Source: Lepidodermella squamata (taxonomy: Eukaryota; Animalia; Gastrotricha). Taken from it: DNA of 64,000 bases. The stretch's first letter is position 1. Every line of letters starts with the position of its first letter. The notes below the pieces were generated by a model. The model had not been told where the DNA came from. It saw nothing but the letters and a program-made list of their open reading frames with translations, and made no database searches. The position numbers and the translations under genes were made by a program. Shown in pieces: positions 36,801-51,303 of the stretch. The DNA is taken from NCBI GenBank assembly GCA_047495785.1, contig JBLDXI010000024.1, forward strand, positions 3,410,001 to 3,474,000. Direction: 5' to 3'.

Positions 36801-39800
36801 CTTCTCAACCATCCGAAAATGGTTATGCCATATTACTGGACAGCTCTGTCTTTGAGTAATGACTTTTAATCAACAAATTGTTGCAAAATGATTTCTTTCT
36901 TATTCAGACTCCTACGGCATTTGGGCTTGGCCCAATTGGCCTGGTGGTGTTACACAAGCGTTGAGCCGTGAGTTTTCCTCAAGTTTCATAACAATTATTG
37001 ATGATGAGCTAAAAGGTTTCGTCACGGGTGACACTGCTTTGAAAACGAGTTCGGACTGCTACGCCGGGCTACTGTCAAGCAACGATAACTTAATCATTCC
37101 ATTCTGCAACAGCTCAAGGACGGTTCAGTTGACGAACGCAACAGTTGGAAACGTCACATCTTTCGATACTACAGCCAAATACCGATTCATCTGCGAGATT
37201 GCTCATTCGCCTTCTAATTGTTTAGGTTTGAGTGTTTTTCCAAATTCGAAATGAATTTATTAGATTTTTCGCAGGATGCAAAGATCCGGATTATTCAGCC
37301 AATTTAACCTCACTCAGCGACGGTTTGCGTATTGCTCCTGACAAATGTGTTTGGCTATTCACCCAGAATGCAGACCGGAATACTAATCTAGACAAATGCA
37401 AGGCGGCAGGCATGAAACCCCTGACTCTCCTTCAACGCTATGAAACGCAAGTTGTTAGCCGAGCAATGACTGAACTGCAGAGGGAAGGATTTTGGCTTGA
37501 CATTGTCCTTCGAAATAAAAGTAGAAATTCTAAAATCTGGTTGTAAGCATGCAAAATTTGTTTCTTCTTGTAGCGGATTACGAATGGGAGGGTGAGCCCA
37601 CAACCTGGGAGACCACTCCATATAACAGAGTCGCTGGGTTGCCATGGACGAATAATTGGTATCAACCCTGTTCGAAGCTGAACAATGACATGTTCATATA
37701 CACTCGGAACTGTCAAGATGGATCTGTTCCCGTCTGCACCGTACCATCTGCAGCAACTTGTGCTGACCTTTGCCCGGAAGGTTTCACATCAGTAGGAGCA
37801 ACTTGCTACAAGCTCATAACGTTAGCTTGAATACTAACATATTTCATTCTAAAACATCGCATTTTCAGGGCTGTAACGGCGAAAAATCCATTTGATGCTC
37901 GAAATTATTGTTATCAAAATCATAATACTTACAATTTGGTCTCCATTACTGATGCGAAAATTTTCACCCAAGTCGTCAGTTTTATTCGCTCTTCGAGCTT
38001 AGTGGCAACGGGCGCGGCGATTTGGATTGGCCTCGATAACAGTTTGCGCATAGGTCGGACACCAAACTCGCTAATGCAGAGCACCCAGATCGGAGATCCA
38101 GACTCCAGTATGCTATCGAACGTAGATCAACGTCTATATTCAATTCGTAATACATTTAGATTGGGATCTCGATAACAATGGGGATTTTACCTTGGCAAAT
38201 AGCTCGGATTTTTGGGCTGGCGGCTTCCCGCAAAACAATCACATTTGGGCTTATCTTGTTTGGGACGACACCACAGTTAGGGTGAAATCTACTGTAAGTA
38301 CGACATCAATTGACGGATATTTCATTTGTGAACGGCCGCAACCCTGTTTGGAGTGTGATCTCGGATGGGTTCGTATTCTTACGTTGCTATCTGTTGAACC
38401 TTCATTTCAAATTGAATAGAGTTTCTTTAATGGCCGGTGTTACAAAAGAGTCGCAGGCGTTGCAGGCGCGAAATTTCGAAGCGCAAGACATCAATGCGAA
38501 TTTATGAACGCTTATCAAGCTTCCATCAATTACCCGCTTGAAGGCGTTCTTCTCAGGCTGATGACTGACCCGACAGTTCGCATTACTGTCGGAATGTATA
38601 TGCTAATGCAGTACAACTATCCGCAATACGAGGACTACTGGGAATGGGAGGATGGAACGCGTCTCAATAGTTCACTATTCAACAATTGGCCGAGTGAGCA
38701 ACCTGATAGATCCAACGTAAATCCTCTTCAGATGCATTCAAATAATGTATACTAACGAATCAATTGTTGACAGGATGTCGAAATAGTCGGAGGCTATAGG
38801 TTGAACGGCGGCTTTGCTTGGAATGATGCAAAATTGGATTATGGCGATTGGGGCCTATGTGAAAAAGCTGCAATGCCTCCGACGATCAAATGCACAAAAG
38901 GTACAAGAAATTTTAAATCCTTCAGTATAAAGAAGCTCCCTTCTATTGCAGTTGGGTCTTCGGCTTCGAAATGTGGAGACAGTGTAGCTACTAACATATT
39001 TGTGAGTTCTAGCGGCTTCTCTGCAAGTTCAACATTCGTAAATGGTACAGTATCGTATCCACCATCGAATCTCGCCCTTGGGAACAATTTCTGGTGTCCA
39101 AGCCTCACTCCAGCAATAACGCCAGCAAACCCTGCTTGGATTAGATTACGATTCACTGACGGGCCGATATTTGTTCGTTCGATTGGTGTGGAGGGCCCTT
39201 CCGTAGGTGTGGGCCGAGTGCTGGCGTACATAGTCAGCTACAAACCACAACTTACGTCGAGGGAACTGCACGTTTTTACGCACAAATCAACGGCATTCTG
39301 GATGAAAAAGGCGCCGATCATTTTCGCCGGCCCTGGTGCGGAAACAGTTCGAAACGCGCAAGAAATTTGCCCAAGAATTCAAGCTGCGGAGCTAACAATA
39401 TGGGTTCTTAGCTATACAGTTATGCCGTTCTTCAAGGCAGATATCAAAGGATGCCTCATGACATCTGGCGGTTTGATCTGTTAACATTCAAGATTATTAT
39501 TTAACCTCGGTTATCTCAGGTACTTCACTGTGCGACTGTTGGAATGAGATTTATGACGGGAGCACTTATTTCCCATATTTGAGCCACACAGTCAGCGCAG
39601 ATTCTGGCGATGCTTCTCAGGCTCAAGGTCTGGCCCAAACCTCTGGCTCGGACAATATTCCCGGCTGGACTCCGACAACCTTCGGAGATGGCCGTAACTG
39701 GTGGAAAATCGAGTTTAGTATTCTCAAAATCGTGAGTGGCCTTGTCATGACTGGCAGCAACGATAACAGCAAAAAGGATCAGTGGATCAAATCTTACTAC

Positions 39801-42800
39801 GTCATGTGGTCTCACACAGGCTACGAATACACATTCAACTACTATTCAGCTCTCGATGGCTCTGCGAGGCTGTTCATGGGACCCATGAATGCCTCCGCTC
39901 CAACTCAGCAGTCATTCTGCCCGCCGATGAAGCTGAAAGCTATGAAGATTATTCCAGTGGATTATAACAATAAGCCAACCATGGTAGTTGACATTTTCGG
40001 CTGCTCAGCCAAGGGAAAACGATGTAAGTAAATTCTAATATCCGGGTTTCGATTCATCGCCTCCTCTCCCAGGCTTCGATTGCTGCGATATCATTGGCTT
40101 GTGTACCTGTAACTGTCCTGTTGGGTAATATAAAATTAGCTTTTATAACAAATTCAATGTGACACAAATGCTTAAAGATGGTCTGGCACTTCGTGCTCGT
40201 CATTGGCTGCGGGGAAAACTTATTACATTGACGCTCAGCCGCCAGGTAAATCTTATTGATCTGTGAAAATTTAGAATGTATCGATTTTCTTATAGTCTGT
40301 GAAAACGACTTACTCAGCGAGGCATTCTCTAAATGGGGTGGATCTGTGAGCTCTAGCACCAGTGGCGATTACGGGGGCTTTGATGGTGACGAACTAGCTG
40401 CCTTCTTCACAACGGCATCAATCTTGAAAGACGGTCGGCAGTTTTTCCAGATAAATCTTGGGAAAGCTACTTCCATTTCAATGATAAGCTTGAAAGGCCG
40501 GAACAAAGATTCTCTGTCCCGTTATGTCACTTCATATTCATTATGGTTTTTGGTCGAGAACACCAACGATCGACTTTTCTACCCATTGTTGAACTCTCAA
40601 ACTTCGTCAACATCCGGCATTATGATAATACCCGGTGCAAGAGACCATTTAGCATACACACCGTACAAGTTCTGTCCGAGCATCAGAACGAAAATTCTAC
40701 GGCTAACTCCTGTTACCTTTGTCGGAAAACCGGAGATGTATGTAAAGGTGTATGGCTGCCCTACTCATGCGCCCTGTTCGACCTGTTGCACCAACGAAAA
40801 TGGTTGCCAATGTTTATGCCCAGTTGGGTATTCTACGGTATTTGGGGTTGGCTATCAAGCTAATCCGTGGCCTCATTGTGGTAAACTATTGAAATTCCTA
40901 ATTAAAGCGATTTTCGAAGTTTAAAATTTAGATCAATGGACAATGCCCCAAGTGGACTGTGAGGACCATGCCATGAGACAAGCCTCAAAGGCTGATGGAG
41001 TCTACAACATATTCCCTCCGGGTTCAAAAACCGCAATATCGGTTTATTGCGACATGACGACTTACGGTGGTGGCTGGACTGTTATTCAGAGTCGGGTCGA
41101 TTACACTCAAAGTTTCTACCAGAATTGGGCTGATTATCGAGACGGCTTCGGGCAACTCACCAGCAGTCATTGGTTGGGTAATCGATATATCAATGCGATT
41201 ACGCAGAATATGAATCGCTACGACTTGATCATTGTCATTACATCAATCGATGACATCGAGGTGATGCATTATTACAAAGATGTTTATATCGAGCCTGAAA
41301 CCGGTGGGTTTACCATTCGTATTTCTGGTTACGACTGCTCTTGGTCAACTGCCGGAGATTCTTTCTCGATGGCGGACGATCAGCGATTTTATACTTATGA
41401 CAATGACACCGGTAGTTCCGGAAGTTTTGGTTGTGCGAAAAACGCCTACGGAGGTTGGTGGTATAAGCCGGCTGGTTCGGTAACAGGATGCCACAGGGCG
41501 AACTTGAATGGTAACGGCAACGGAAAATCTGAAGGGTCAATGATAACCTGGGCGACGTGGCGTGGATACTGGGAAAGTATGAAGACTACAAAAATGATGA
41601 TCAGACGATCTCCTCTACCTTTTGTTACGCAACGTGAGTTGGCATGTACAGTTTCAGAATTTATTCGCAAATTTACTATCGCCAAACAGAGCTTCGCCCT
41701 CAATTCCCTTACCCGAGCGACTGCTTAGACATTCGAGAAGCTAATCCAAGTGCTCCAAGTTCAACTTACACAATATACACGGTCACCGGAGAAAGTGTGT
41801 CAGTTTACTGTGAAATGAACGCCCTTGAGGGCGGTTGGACTGTAATTCAGCGCCGATACAACGACCCCACGGTAAAATTTGATCAAAACTTCACGACTTA
41901 TGCCCGAGGCTTTGGCTCGACGATGGGCGCTCATTACTTGGGTAACAAGTGGATATGGGCGATTACGAACATCGAACTGACAAGAATTCCATACGAACTT
42001 GCTGTTGTTCTCGAGGACTCAAATGGAGAAAAACGGACCTCTCATTACGATGCCTTCTGGCTGTACAGTAACACGAGCTATGAAATAATTGTCTACGGCT
42101 ACAATTCCGATGGGAGCACGATCGATGTAGGCGGTGATGCGCTGAGCGTACATAACTGGCAGCCTTTCCGAACCTTTGATCAAGCTGTCTCGGGCTGTTC
42201 TGGTTCATATACCACTGGATGGTGGTGGCATAGCGGTTATTGGGATAATGGAAAATGTTGCGAGAGCAATCTAAATGGAGTCTATGATGTCAATTCTTGG
42301 GAGGGCGGTGTCTACTGGGCGCCATGGAAAGGTCGGTATGAAAGTCTGAAATCTGCAACCATGATGATCAGAAGGCGTGGGCCGAAGCCGATAGACTGCG
42401 TGGATATGCTGGGCCAAGGCATGACCGATGATGGGGTTTACTTCATTTATCCGTTCGGCATGAAACCCATTCAGGTCTATTGCGATATGGCTACTTACTA
42501 CAACTCGCCAAGAGCTGAGGGAGGTATGGGCTGGATTCTCCTCCAGCGCAGAACGAATTTCGATGTTCCTTTCAATCGAAGCTGGGCTGATTATAAGAAC
42601 GGCTTCTCAGGCCCAGATGGCCTCAAGGGGGACTTCTGGCTTGGATTGGAAACAGTTTACCAGCTGACTAAATCAACAACCTATTCGATGCTGATTTCAG
42701 TCAAAAGCCCAGCTGACAATCAAACTTACTACGCCTACTACAGAGACTTTTACCTGTCAAATGAAGCCGATGGATATACGTTAATTTTGGAAAATTACGA

Positions 42801-45800
42801 CACAGCGACTAATGCCTGGGAAGCTGCTGGAAATGGATTTTCCGGCATGGCTTATCAGCCGTTTGCAACTTATGATAAAGGTGTCATGTCTAGTTGCATC
42901 ACGGCTAATAATCTGAGCGCTTGGTGGTTCAATAGTGACTGCAAATCAAGTCAAAGCAATCTGAACGGCTTCTACAAAGATACTCGAAGTTTAGCCGGTG
43001 TAATGTGGAAGACTTTGAACGGCGCGAAGGATGGGAAAACGTCTGTCGCTGCGGTGAAAATTGCAATACGACGAAGAAATCGCCTTCAAGACTGCGCTTT
43101 TACCGGTAACAGCGGAATCAACACCTTATACTTGCCCGATGGGACCAGTTTCAAAGCCGTCTGTGATTTGACGACAAATTACTCTTCTCCCAATATTCAA
43201 AATCGTGGAACGGCTTGGACAATAATTCAGAAGCGAGATGATGGAAACACGGATTTCTGGAGAGGTTGGAATGACTACAAACAAGGCTTTTCCGATCCTG
43301 ATAAAGGTCTCAATGGTGATTACTGGCTTGGCCTCGACACAATAAGCAGGATGACTATGGCTGCTCCGTATTCCCTTCTCGTTCACTGCAAAAGTCCGAT
43401 AGATTCTCAGTGGAAATATGCATACTACGACGACTTCAAAGTTTTCCCCGAGAGTCAGAACTATCGGATTCAGTTGAAAGGATTCGACAATGCTACGATA
43501 TCACCAGCCGGGGATTCTATGGGAGCTTGGATGCATAATTACCAGGAATTCAACACACCTGATAAAGGGGCTTTCAAAGACTGCATGGTACAGAATGATA
43601 GAAAACGATTTGGTGCATGGTGGTATCCACCTCTGGGTGATGGCGTAATTTGGCCTGATGGACAACCAGCGAGTTGTCGGATTCTGTCGAATTTGAACTC
43701 CCCAAACTGGGACAGTCGAGATATGGGTTACGGCTTGAACTGGATGACTCACACTGGCTTAGACAAGTCATGCTCAGCTACTAGACTGGCTATCAAACAA
43801 AAAGGAAACGATGTCTTATATCGACCCAGGGCTAGTACAACGACAATGTGCAGCAGCAGGAAGATGACGTACAAGCATACGTGCAGCCATGCTTACAGGG
43901 CAGTATCTGGCGATCCTATCCGACTAATGCTTCCAGATCGAAGTGGGGTATATACTTCGGAAGATTTGGTGTGCAAGCGTAAGTTTGCGATTCGTTACAT
44001 CTAACTGGCTTTCATTCTGTGGTTTATTTTTAAAGCATACGCCGAGCCACAGGACTGCACTTGGAAGCAATCAAAAGCCAATGGAACGAGCAAATTCATT
44101 TCGGATACATATAGCGATTTAGTGTCAGCTGATAGCAATGGAAACCCTGTTACTTTCACGGGATATTGCGACATGGAAACATTCGGTGGAGGCTGGACTG
44201 TAATACAGCGTAGAATTGATGAGAGCACAACATTCATGTTGGATTTTCCAAGCTATGAAACCTCGTTCGGTGCACCTACGAAGAATTTTTGGCTCGGCAA
44301 TAAGTTGATCGAAGGCCTAACAGCCTCCGCGAATTTTGAACTTCTGGTCGAGATTCGTGCCGATAACGAGTATGCTTTTGCTTACTACAAACTCTTCTAC
44401 ACAGAGAGTGATGCCTACGTATTGACCGTCGACAAATATCAAGACTGCTCTACAGCGGGAGATTCGTTAACATCGTTGAAGGGCAACTTTTTCACGTTCG
44501 ATCTGTGCGGTGGTTGGTGGTTCAACACTCCATCTGTGTGCTTAGGCAAGAATAATAACGATCGTACATCGAACTTGAATGCTCCGATCGGGAAACAATC
44601 CCCTGATAACTCTGGAATGTTCTGGTACACCTATAAAAACAGTTTCAGTCCCAATCTCATCTGGTCGTCGATGAAAGTTCGCCGTTCTGGAACGCGAGGC
44701 CGCTACGTTAAAGCAGCGAATTTTAAATGTGACCAAGGCACGTCCGCAGCAATGACAAAGGCCACTGCAGACCTGTGTCAATCAGCATGTACGAGTTACT
44801 CAGGTTTCACCTGCCGAACCGCTGTTTTCACGCCTAAGGGATCTAATGCTGGGGATTGTGTCGTTCGTAATGCGACTTGCGATCCTGGCAGTGGAAAAGT
44901 AGAAGCGGGTACCGATACGTATTTCCGTATGGACGACTGTGATTACTTTCCTGGGGCTTGCGGACCCCCTCCAACGATGGTGGGAGCCACTCAAGAGATT
45001 ATATCACCATCTTACAACTCAAAGTTGATCGTCAACTACACCTGCGTAATGGGATTCTCAAACTCAAAATGGAACGGCGATAACACTAATTTGACTTGCG
45101 AACCATCAAAAGGCATTTGGGTCGGAGACTGGTTAGATTGTCGAACATTGTGTGGCATGTTTCCAGATATGTCTCAATTCAACGTTGATAGACTGCCGCA
45201 AATCGACATCGATGGCGGAACAATGACGCTCTACTATCAATGTAGCAACGATTACACTATGGTTTCAACCGGTTCACCCACTAGACTGTGCGCTCCACCT
45301 TATGGCGAATGGACCGGAGATAAAATTGTTTGCAAATCAACGCGATGCCAGCTACCACCGGTCGTCGACAATTCTTGGAATAACTACACAATTCCCGACC
45401 CTATTCCATACGAAAACCAAACCAAGTGGAAGACTACCTGGCTATACGGTTGCAATCGGGGTTATGTCTTCAAAGACCCTGATGGTTACGTCAAGAACAA
45501 AACGATATATTGCGGCGATCAGCAGGAATGGGAACCGAAAACACCTGGAGCTTGTGTTCAGTTCAACTGTGACAATCCTCCGCAGTTTGACGTGAAAGTC
45601 TCCGGACCTGTGCCTATGACAGCTAACGCGCTCTACGAATTCGGCACCACCTTCACCTACGAATGTTTCAGCGATAAAACGTTAGACCCACTGGATTGGG
45701 ATAGCCAGATCAATATATCGTGCATCGGTGAGTCGTCTGCGTATTCGTGAATATTTTATATTAAATTATGCTCAACATTGCAGCCAATAAAACTTGGGGC

Positions 45801-45942
45801 GTGCTAAACTACACCGGGTGGTCAAAGACATGGCTGCCTTCGATTTGCATAGGTAAGACTAGGAAAGGAAAATGTGGCAATGAGGTTAATGGGGTGAGTT
45901 TACGCCTGAGAGCACCACTGGGGCGGTAGCTTCTCACCTTGA
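30835..45942 (+). CDS. Giant mosaic lectin, constant region, copy 2 (same exon structure and domain order as copy 1)
   Basis: Collinear with 5984-21133 at an offset of about 24.8 kb. The long ORFs (786 aa, 542 aa) are intact and most differences in the 3' half are synonymous. The terminal exon 45911-45942 ([10 protein letters not shown]) is tentative. Confidence 0.9.
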
Positions 45943-45962
45943 GTTGCGCTTCCTTTTGTTTT

Positions 45963-46034
45963 GGGAAGCTGAGCGGTTGACCTCCTCGCGGTGCTTCCTG
46001 GAGTCACCTTGCAAGGTGATACCAACAAACCGCT
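45963..46034 (+). ncRNA. HDV/CPEB3-like self-cleaving ribozyme (copy 2)
   Basis: P1 GGGAAGC/GCUUCCU; P2 AGCGGUUG/C(A)AACCGCU; P3 ACC/GGU; L3 UCCUCGC (as in genomic HDV); P1.1 CC/GG; P4 UCACCUUGCAAGGUGA; J4/2 CCAA with the putative catalytic C at 46022. Confidence 0.85.
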
Positions 46035-46503
46035 ACTTCTGTTCCTTCCTACTACCTCACTAGTCTCGAATTCGCTTTTTCTTTTCACACGAGTATTTTT
46101 CCCAAAAATAAGTGCAATCGCGGTGCCCCACACCAACAATTTCACCAAAGAAGCGTCGAAATATCTGATATGTCAAGTTCGGCGATTTTGGTTACCGTCT
46201 CAGTTGTTGATTAGATTTCTCCGAGGTTATGCTTCCCGATTAGCCACAGTTGCACTCAAAAAGGCATGCCCTGAGGCGGCAAGAAACAGCAAGCAGTTTC
46301 GACCATTCGAAGCAAAATTTTCATTTTGTCAAGGTAAATGGTACTATTTCAGGAATAACGGCAAAATTCAAAAATGTTTTATTAGTAAATTGCAGAAATA
46401 TAGCACAATTCTTGGCGTAGAAACGTAAATATCTAGCAAGATGATGTAACAGACCAGAAACAAAATGTAAAGGTTCAAAAGTATATTCAAAATTGAGCAC
46501 AGT

Positions 46504-48993
46504 TCATTGACCGAGTTTCTTATTGACTGAAACATCATTCAGATCTGCCAGAAGCGCATCGACTGAAGCCGAGGCCGATGTGGAATCGATCGGAAGCTCA
46601 TCTTGGTGATCATCTTCCTCCGGCATTTCTTCAACTTCGCGTTGTGGTTTCGGAACTATTAACGGAGCTTTGACTGCTGGCGGACGATGAGCAAAAGGTT
46701 TCGGCGGGGTAAACACCTTCGAATTTTCACCGAATGCCTGGTTCGTAGATTTCCCTCCCAGCTGTTCGAAAGTTAGGCTGTCTCGATTGAACTTCAAATA
46801 AATCTTTCCTAGCTCGCCATCGAAACGGTTTTTCGTTATAGCAACGCATTTAGAGTTTGGATTGAACGATGGCTGTTGATTAGGTGGCTGGCCGTAAGTG
46901 TTATTCCGAAATGAAGGAAACGAATTATCGCCGCCGTGAAATCCACCGCTGTTTTGAGGTGGACTGGGCGAAGCTGAGGGTTGCAAAATCATGACATTAT
47001 CAGCTTCTTGAACAGCTTTCACGCCGCCGAAAATGCTTGAATTAGTCAAAGGCACGCCTTCTGCCTCTTTTCTCGGGTGAATAACTAGGGTGACATGGCA
47101 CTGCTGCTGAGTTGCAAATCTCCTCAAGGCCGCAATAATTTGATCCTGAAAAATTAAAGAAAGTCAAATTAATTTGAAAATTATGAAGTAATTCAACCTG
47201 TTTCTGAAATCGATCAATCAAAGCGCGATCGTCCGAAATATCCATCATAAACTGCAAATTATCGATAACGACGTGCATGATGTCATGGACGTAGACTGCA
47301 TGGGTCATTGCTTCAACAACTTTCTTCAACGACTCAGAACCTACAAAATTGAATGGTTTGGTCGTTATAAATTTCAATTAATATTCCTTACCATGAAATG
47401 TAAGAAAATGGATTGGAAGATGCTCAAACTGGTTACTCAAAAGACTGAAATCGTCTTTTAAATGAGCGCTGAAAAAATAATAATGATATTTTCTCAAAAA
47501 TTAGCACAAAGTAGGTACCTTGGAGCAAGTTTCCGACCGGCGAATTGAGTCAGCATCAATTTGCAAAGCCGAACATTGCTGATTTCGAAACTACCCCATA
47601 AGGTAGCCACGCCTTGCATGGCCAAATCGAGCGAATAATCAGAAATGAACGTCGTTTTTCCCGCGCCAGTCGGGCCTGTAAAGATCGTCAATTCACCTCG
47701 TCGATGTCCCTAAAAATTCAGTCAAATTTCATCGACAGCGTGAAAATCAGTGATAATTTACCTTCAAGAGTTCATTCAATCGGGGAAATTTGCGCCATCT
47801 AACACCGGCAACTTGTTCAGACTGGGCTAATTCAGCGTAAACCTCTTGTTTCAGCTGGCTGAATGATACTATCGCTTTATGAGCGGCCGGATAAGCACTT
47901 GATATGACGTCTTTCAAATCGACGCCGCGGGCTAGCGCATCGTGAGCACCGGCGTACTGATCACTGGGCCTGACTAGGAAACATCGCTTTTCGCCTAGTT
48001 TTCGGGAGAATTGCTTAGCAGCTTGCCAAACAGTTAATTCACTTCCAAGCCACAGTGTAATTTTACGGAATGGCTCCAACATTGGGAGCAAATATTGAGG
48101 TAGGGACTGGGTTCCGCATGGTAAAGCCAAAACTGCAACCGACGATGTTGGGGAATGAGAAATCGACTGTAAATTACAGATTAATAATAAAAAATATTAA
48201 GAAAAACAACACCTCATACCTGATAAATTGCCATGGCATCGACTTCCGAACTGGTTAAGATAACCTCAGTCGTTTTCTTCGATAGAAGTTGCCATCCAAA
48301 TAAACCAAACAACTGCTTATTGCAACGCTGACGCATCCTAGCAGGTTGTTCATCAGAAGCCGTAACTGTTCGCGTTCCCCGAAGACGGAAATTGGCATTG
48401 CTGGAAGGACCATTAAATGGGTAAGTGATAGAATCAAGTTTATCACTGGTATAGCAGTCATAGCTGGCAAAAGTTGTTTGAAGTATCCTTTTGTCGATGT
48501 GGAGTTTTTCCTTCAGGCTCGCGAAGTCTTCAGCAGAAAGGAGAGCAATTCGCTTCAGCCCAACGAGTAGATCATCTGCACTTGACGAAGAAGCATCACC
48601 GTCATCTTGTCTCGAAACGACGCGCTGGCAAATTTTCGAAGGTGCTTTGCCGTGAGAAATAGAATTCAGCAAGTTCTGAAAAGCGGCATAGTCGCCCGTG
48701 TGGAGGCAATGGTTGCAAACAAATGCTCCAGTGTGAGCATTCACAAAAAGTTTGCTGTTGTCATCCACAGCTTTGCTTTGGGACTTTGGTTTAGGAACCG
48801 ATGGACATACAAAAGACAAACAAGCATGACCATGCTCGCTGGCTATTTTCTTGTCATCTAAGAATTTTCGGATTTCTTCTGACGTCACCGAGGTAACTGC
48901 GCCAGTATTAATAGTAGAGAACTTTCTTCCCTGTGAACCTATCAATCGCCCATGGCACGAGGTCTTGAGTGCCTTCAAGCTCAGGCGTATCAT
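46504..48993 (-). CDS. TWNK: Twinkle mitochondrial DNA helicase (multi-exon)
   Basis: Basic mitochondrial-targeting-like N-terminus, Cys-rich N-terminal domain, Walker [54 protein letters not shown] and KNRFDG. Confidence 0.95.
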
Positions 48994-49029
48994 ATTAAAA
49001 TCTACCCATGACACCAAAAGAAGATTGAA

Positions 49030-51303
49030 CGTTACATTTTAGATTTGGTAATCCTCAAGTTGCGAAAATATCAGATGCCAGCAGGAACATTCCACAGCGA
49101 GTATTCATTTTCAAAATTGAGCTTGATACGTAGTAAATAGCCTGATTCTCAACCTGCTTCTGTCTACCTCAGATACCTCAATAGTCTACATTGGCTATCG
49201 CTTCCCATTTCCGGTAGCCTGAAAGAAATCAGTGACGTAGGAACGTTCACCGATGTTAATCACTTCAAACAGTTTAACAGCTCAGCGATCAACATGAGTA
49301 AAAGACATTTTTAGAGAGACCGTTGGGGGTTGGGGATGCGGCAGGCCAAGCTTTAGCTCCTGCTGTGGATACATGTCGACGGTACATACACAATTAGCGT
49401 CTCCATGGCACTTTTGGCAGACCGCAGAAGGCTTTCAGTTCTTCAGCACAAGACAAAAAGGCAGCCCACGAGGCAAATAACAGCTGATAACGAAATGCGC
49501 GCCAAAAATTTGGCTTTGAAGCGTAAATTAAGTTGAATGAATCAAATTGCATAAATGTAAGTGAATTATTTAATATATATATGCTGCAAGTATATTTACA
49601 GAAATTAATGGCAGTATGTTGGGTTAGATCTTTGCCAGAGTCTAAAATCAGGGTGTCAGTTTAAAAGAAGTGGAGACGCGATCGCCAGCCTCACCCGTCA
49701 TCCGCTGCCCACCCTGCGTTGCCCGTAGCGGGCTCAGAGCGCTCAAAGGAAAGAGGGACAAGTTCTCAGGTGCCAGCACGACCCTCGGGTCTACCCTCTT
49801 TTCATCCCTCTTTCGCCGTACTTCAAGCTTCAAGGAGGTCTTCTGACAATGATACATGTAACACTTTTTTAGTTTGCGGAGTTTGTTCAATTTCTAAATG
49901 CAAGTTTCGATGGCGACGGGTGACGGCTGTGATCTTATCTTCTTTGCTTAAATATTTTATAATAAACTTGCTGCAAACCTACGCCAATCGTTTTGGGCTA
50001 TTGGACAAGTCAGATAAAAAATGTTAGCGCTAACAGCATTTCTCCGAAGTCTCGTTCGCATTGTTTTAGTTTGAGGCTTGAGGCTTGATAGTTCCGTAAC
50101 GGGTTTGCTGAACAAACTCTTTCCTCTATCTTTGGATGGAATTTTTCTGCGCAGGCATCGAGCAATATGTAAATTGCAGCTTTTGTGCATTAAGTATGAA
50201 TAATTAAGTATGTTTAACTCATTTCAGTTGTCTTTGACAGCCTTTCCGTAATTCGTGGCTCGTTGATCGTTAGTTTTTTGGATCCGGGATCTGAATTTTC
50301 TGTGAATACAAAGTATGAAGGAAGATGCACTGATTAGTTTTTAGCGTACTTGAAGTTGTAAAATCGCCTCGTTTCAGGTTTGAGAAGGTTAACGCGATAC
50401 TATCTTTCAAACTGAAACGTGAAAGCTGTCATTTTCCCCGCTTGAAAATCAGTATCTCTCACATATGTCGATATAATGTTATTGATAAACAGAATCAGCT
50501 ATCGTGATTCGCTGGATTGATGAAATGAAACACTAGATTCTTGACTTCATTTGCATTCCGTCTTAAGGTTCTCCGCGGAATAATTGAAATTCATCACTGT
50601 CCCTTGATTTAATCGGTGAATCTTTGCGATTTTTCTTACTTAATTGTGAGTGGGTTTGTATTCGGGGAGACAGAAGGTGAAGACGCTCTTCATTCGTGTT
50701 GTATAGTAATATTCGTCTATACTACGTTTCCACTTCTTACTAGAACATCGATTCTCTCAATCGAAAACTATTTAAGAAAAAACTCGCTTAATTCGTCTTG
50801 CAATGTTACCTATATCGAGTATGATTATCTGCTTCATGACCTAGTATAACGGTTTAAAATTATATTATAGCTAGTCATAGTATCTCTCGCGTCGTATTAT
50901 GTAGAGAAAGCATGAATGTCCACCGTTCCTTGCGGTAAAATTCACGTTTCTGCGGACATATAAGCTATAAGCCAATTCTGATTTACTAGATGACTGTCAT
51001 TTTAGGCGATTTGAGTTCTGTTACTTCCTAAGAAATAGGAAATAGTTGGGTTTATTTTTGCTTTGTTTGCTATTCGTTTACCTGAATTTTCATTGAAGAC
51101 ATGTAGCCAACCCGCCTTAATTTCAAGCCAAATTTCCCGCTAAACGATGCGCATCTGTTAGGTTATTAATTAAACGTTTTCGCTTCTCATACAGCGTCGT
51201 CATTTTCGCGAACCATATGGTCAGCATCCATCATTTCGCTGCTTAAAGAGTATTTTCTCTTTAATGACTTCTGCACGACTTGAGCTCGTAATTTGGACGC
51301 CAT
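49030..51303 (-). other. Possible decayed gene or spliced non-coding transcript divergent from SURF1
   Basis: An AAGATGGCG start context at 51303 opens MASKLRAQVVQKSLKRKYS.... Several 40-55-nt GT..AG segments follow, but I could not assemble a long frame. Confidence 0.25.

Noticed and set aside
50490-50600. Minus-strand GTGATGA...CTGA, possible C/D snoRNA
   Set aside because: The terminal stem is poor and I recognised no rRNA guide sequence.
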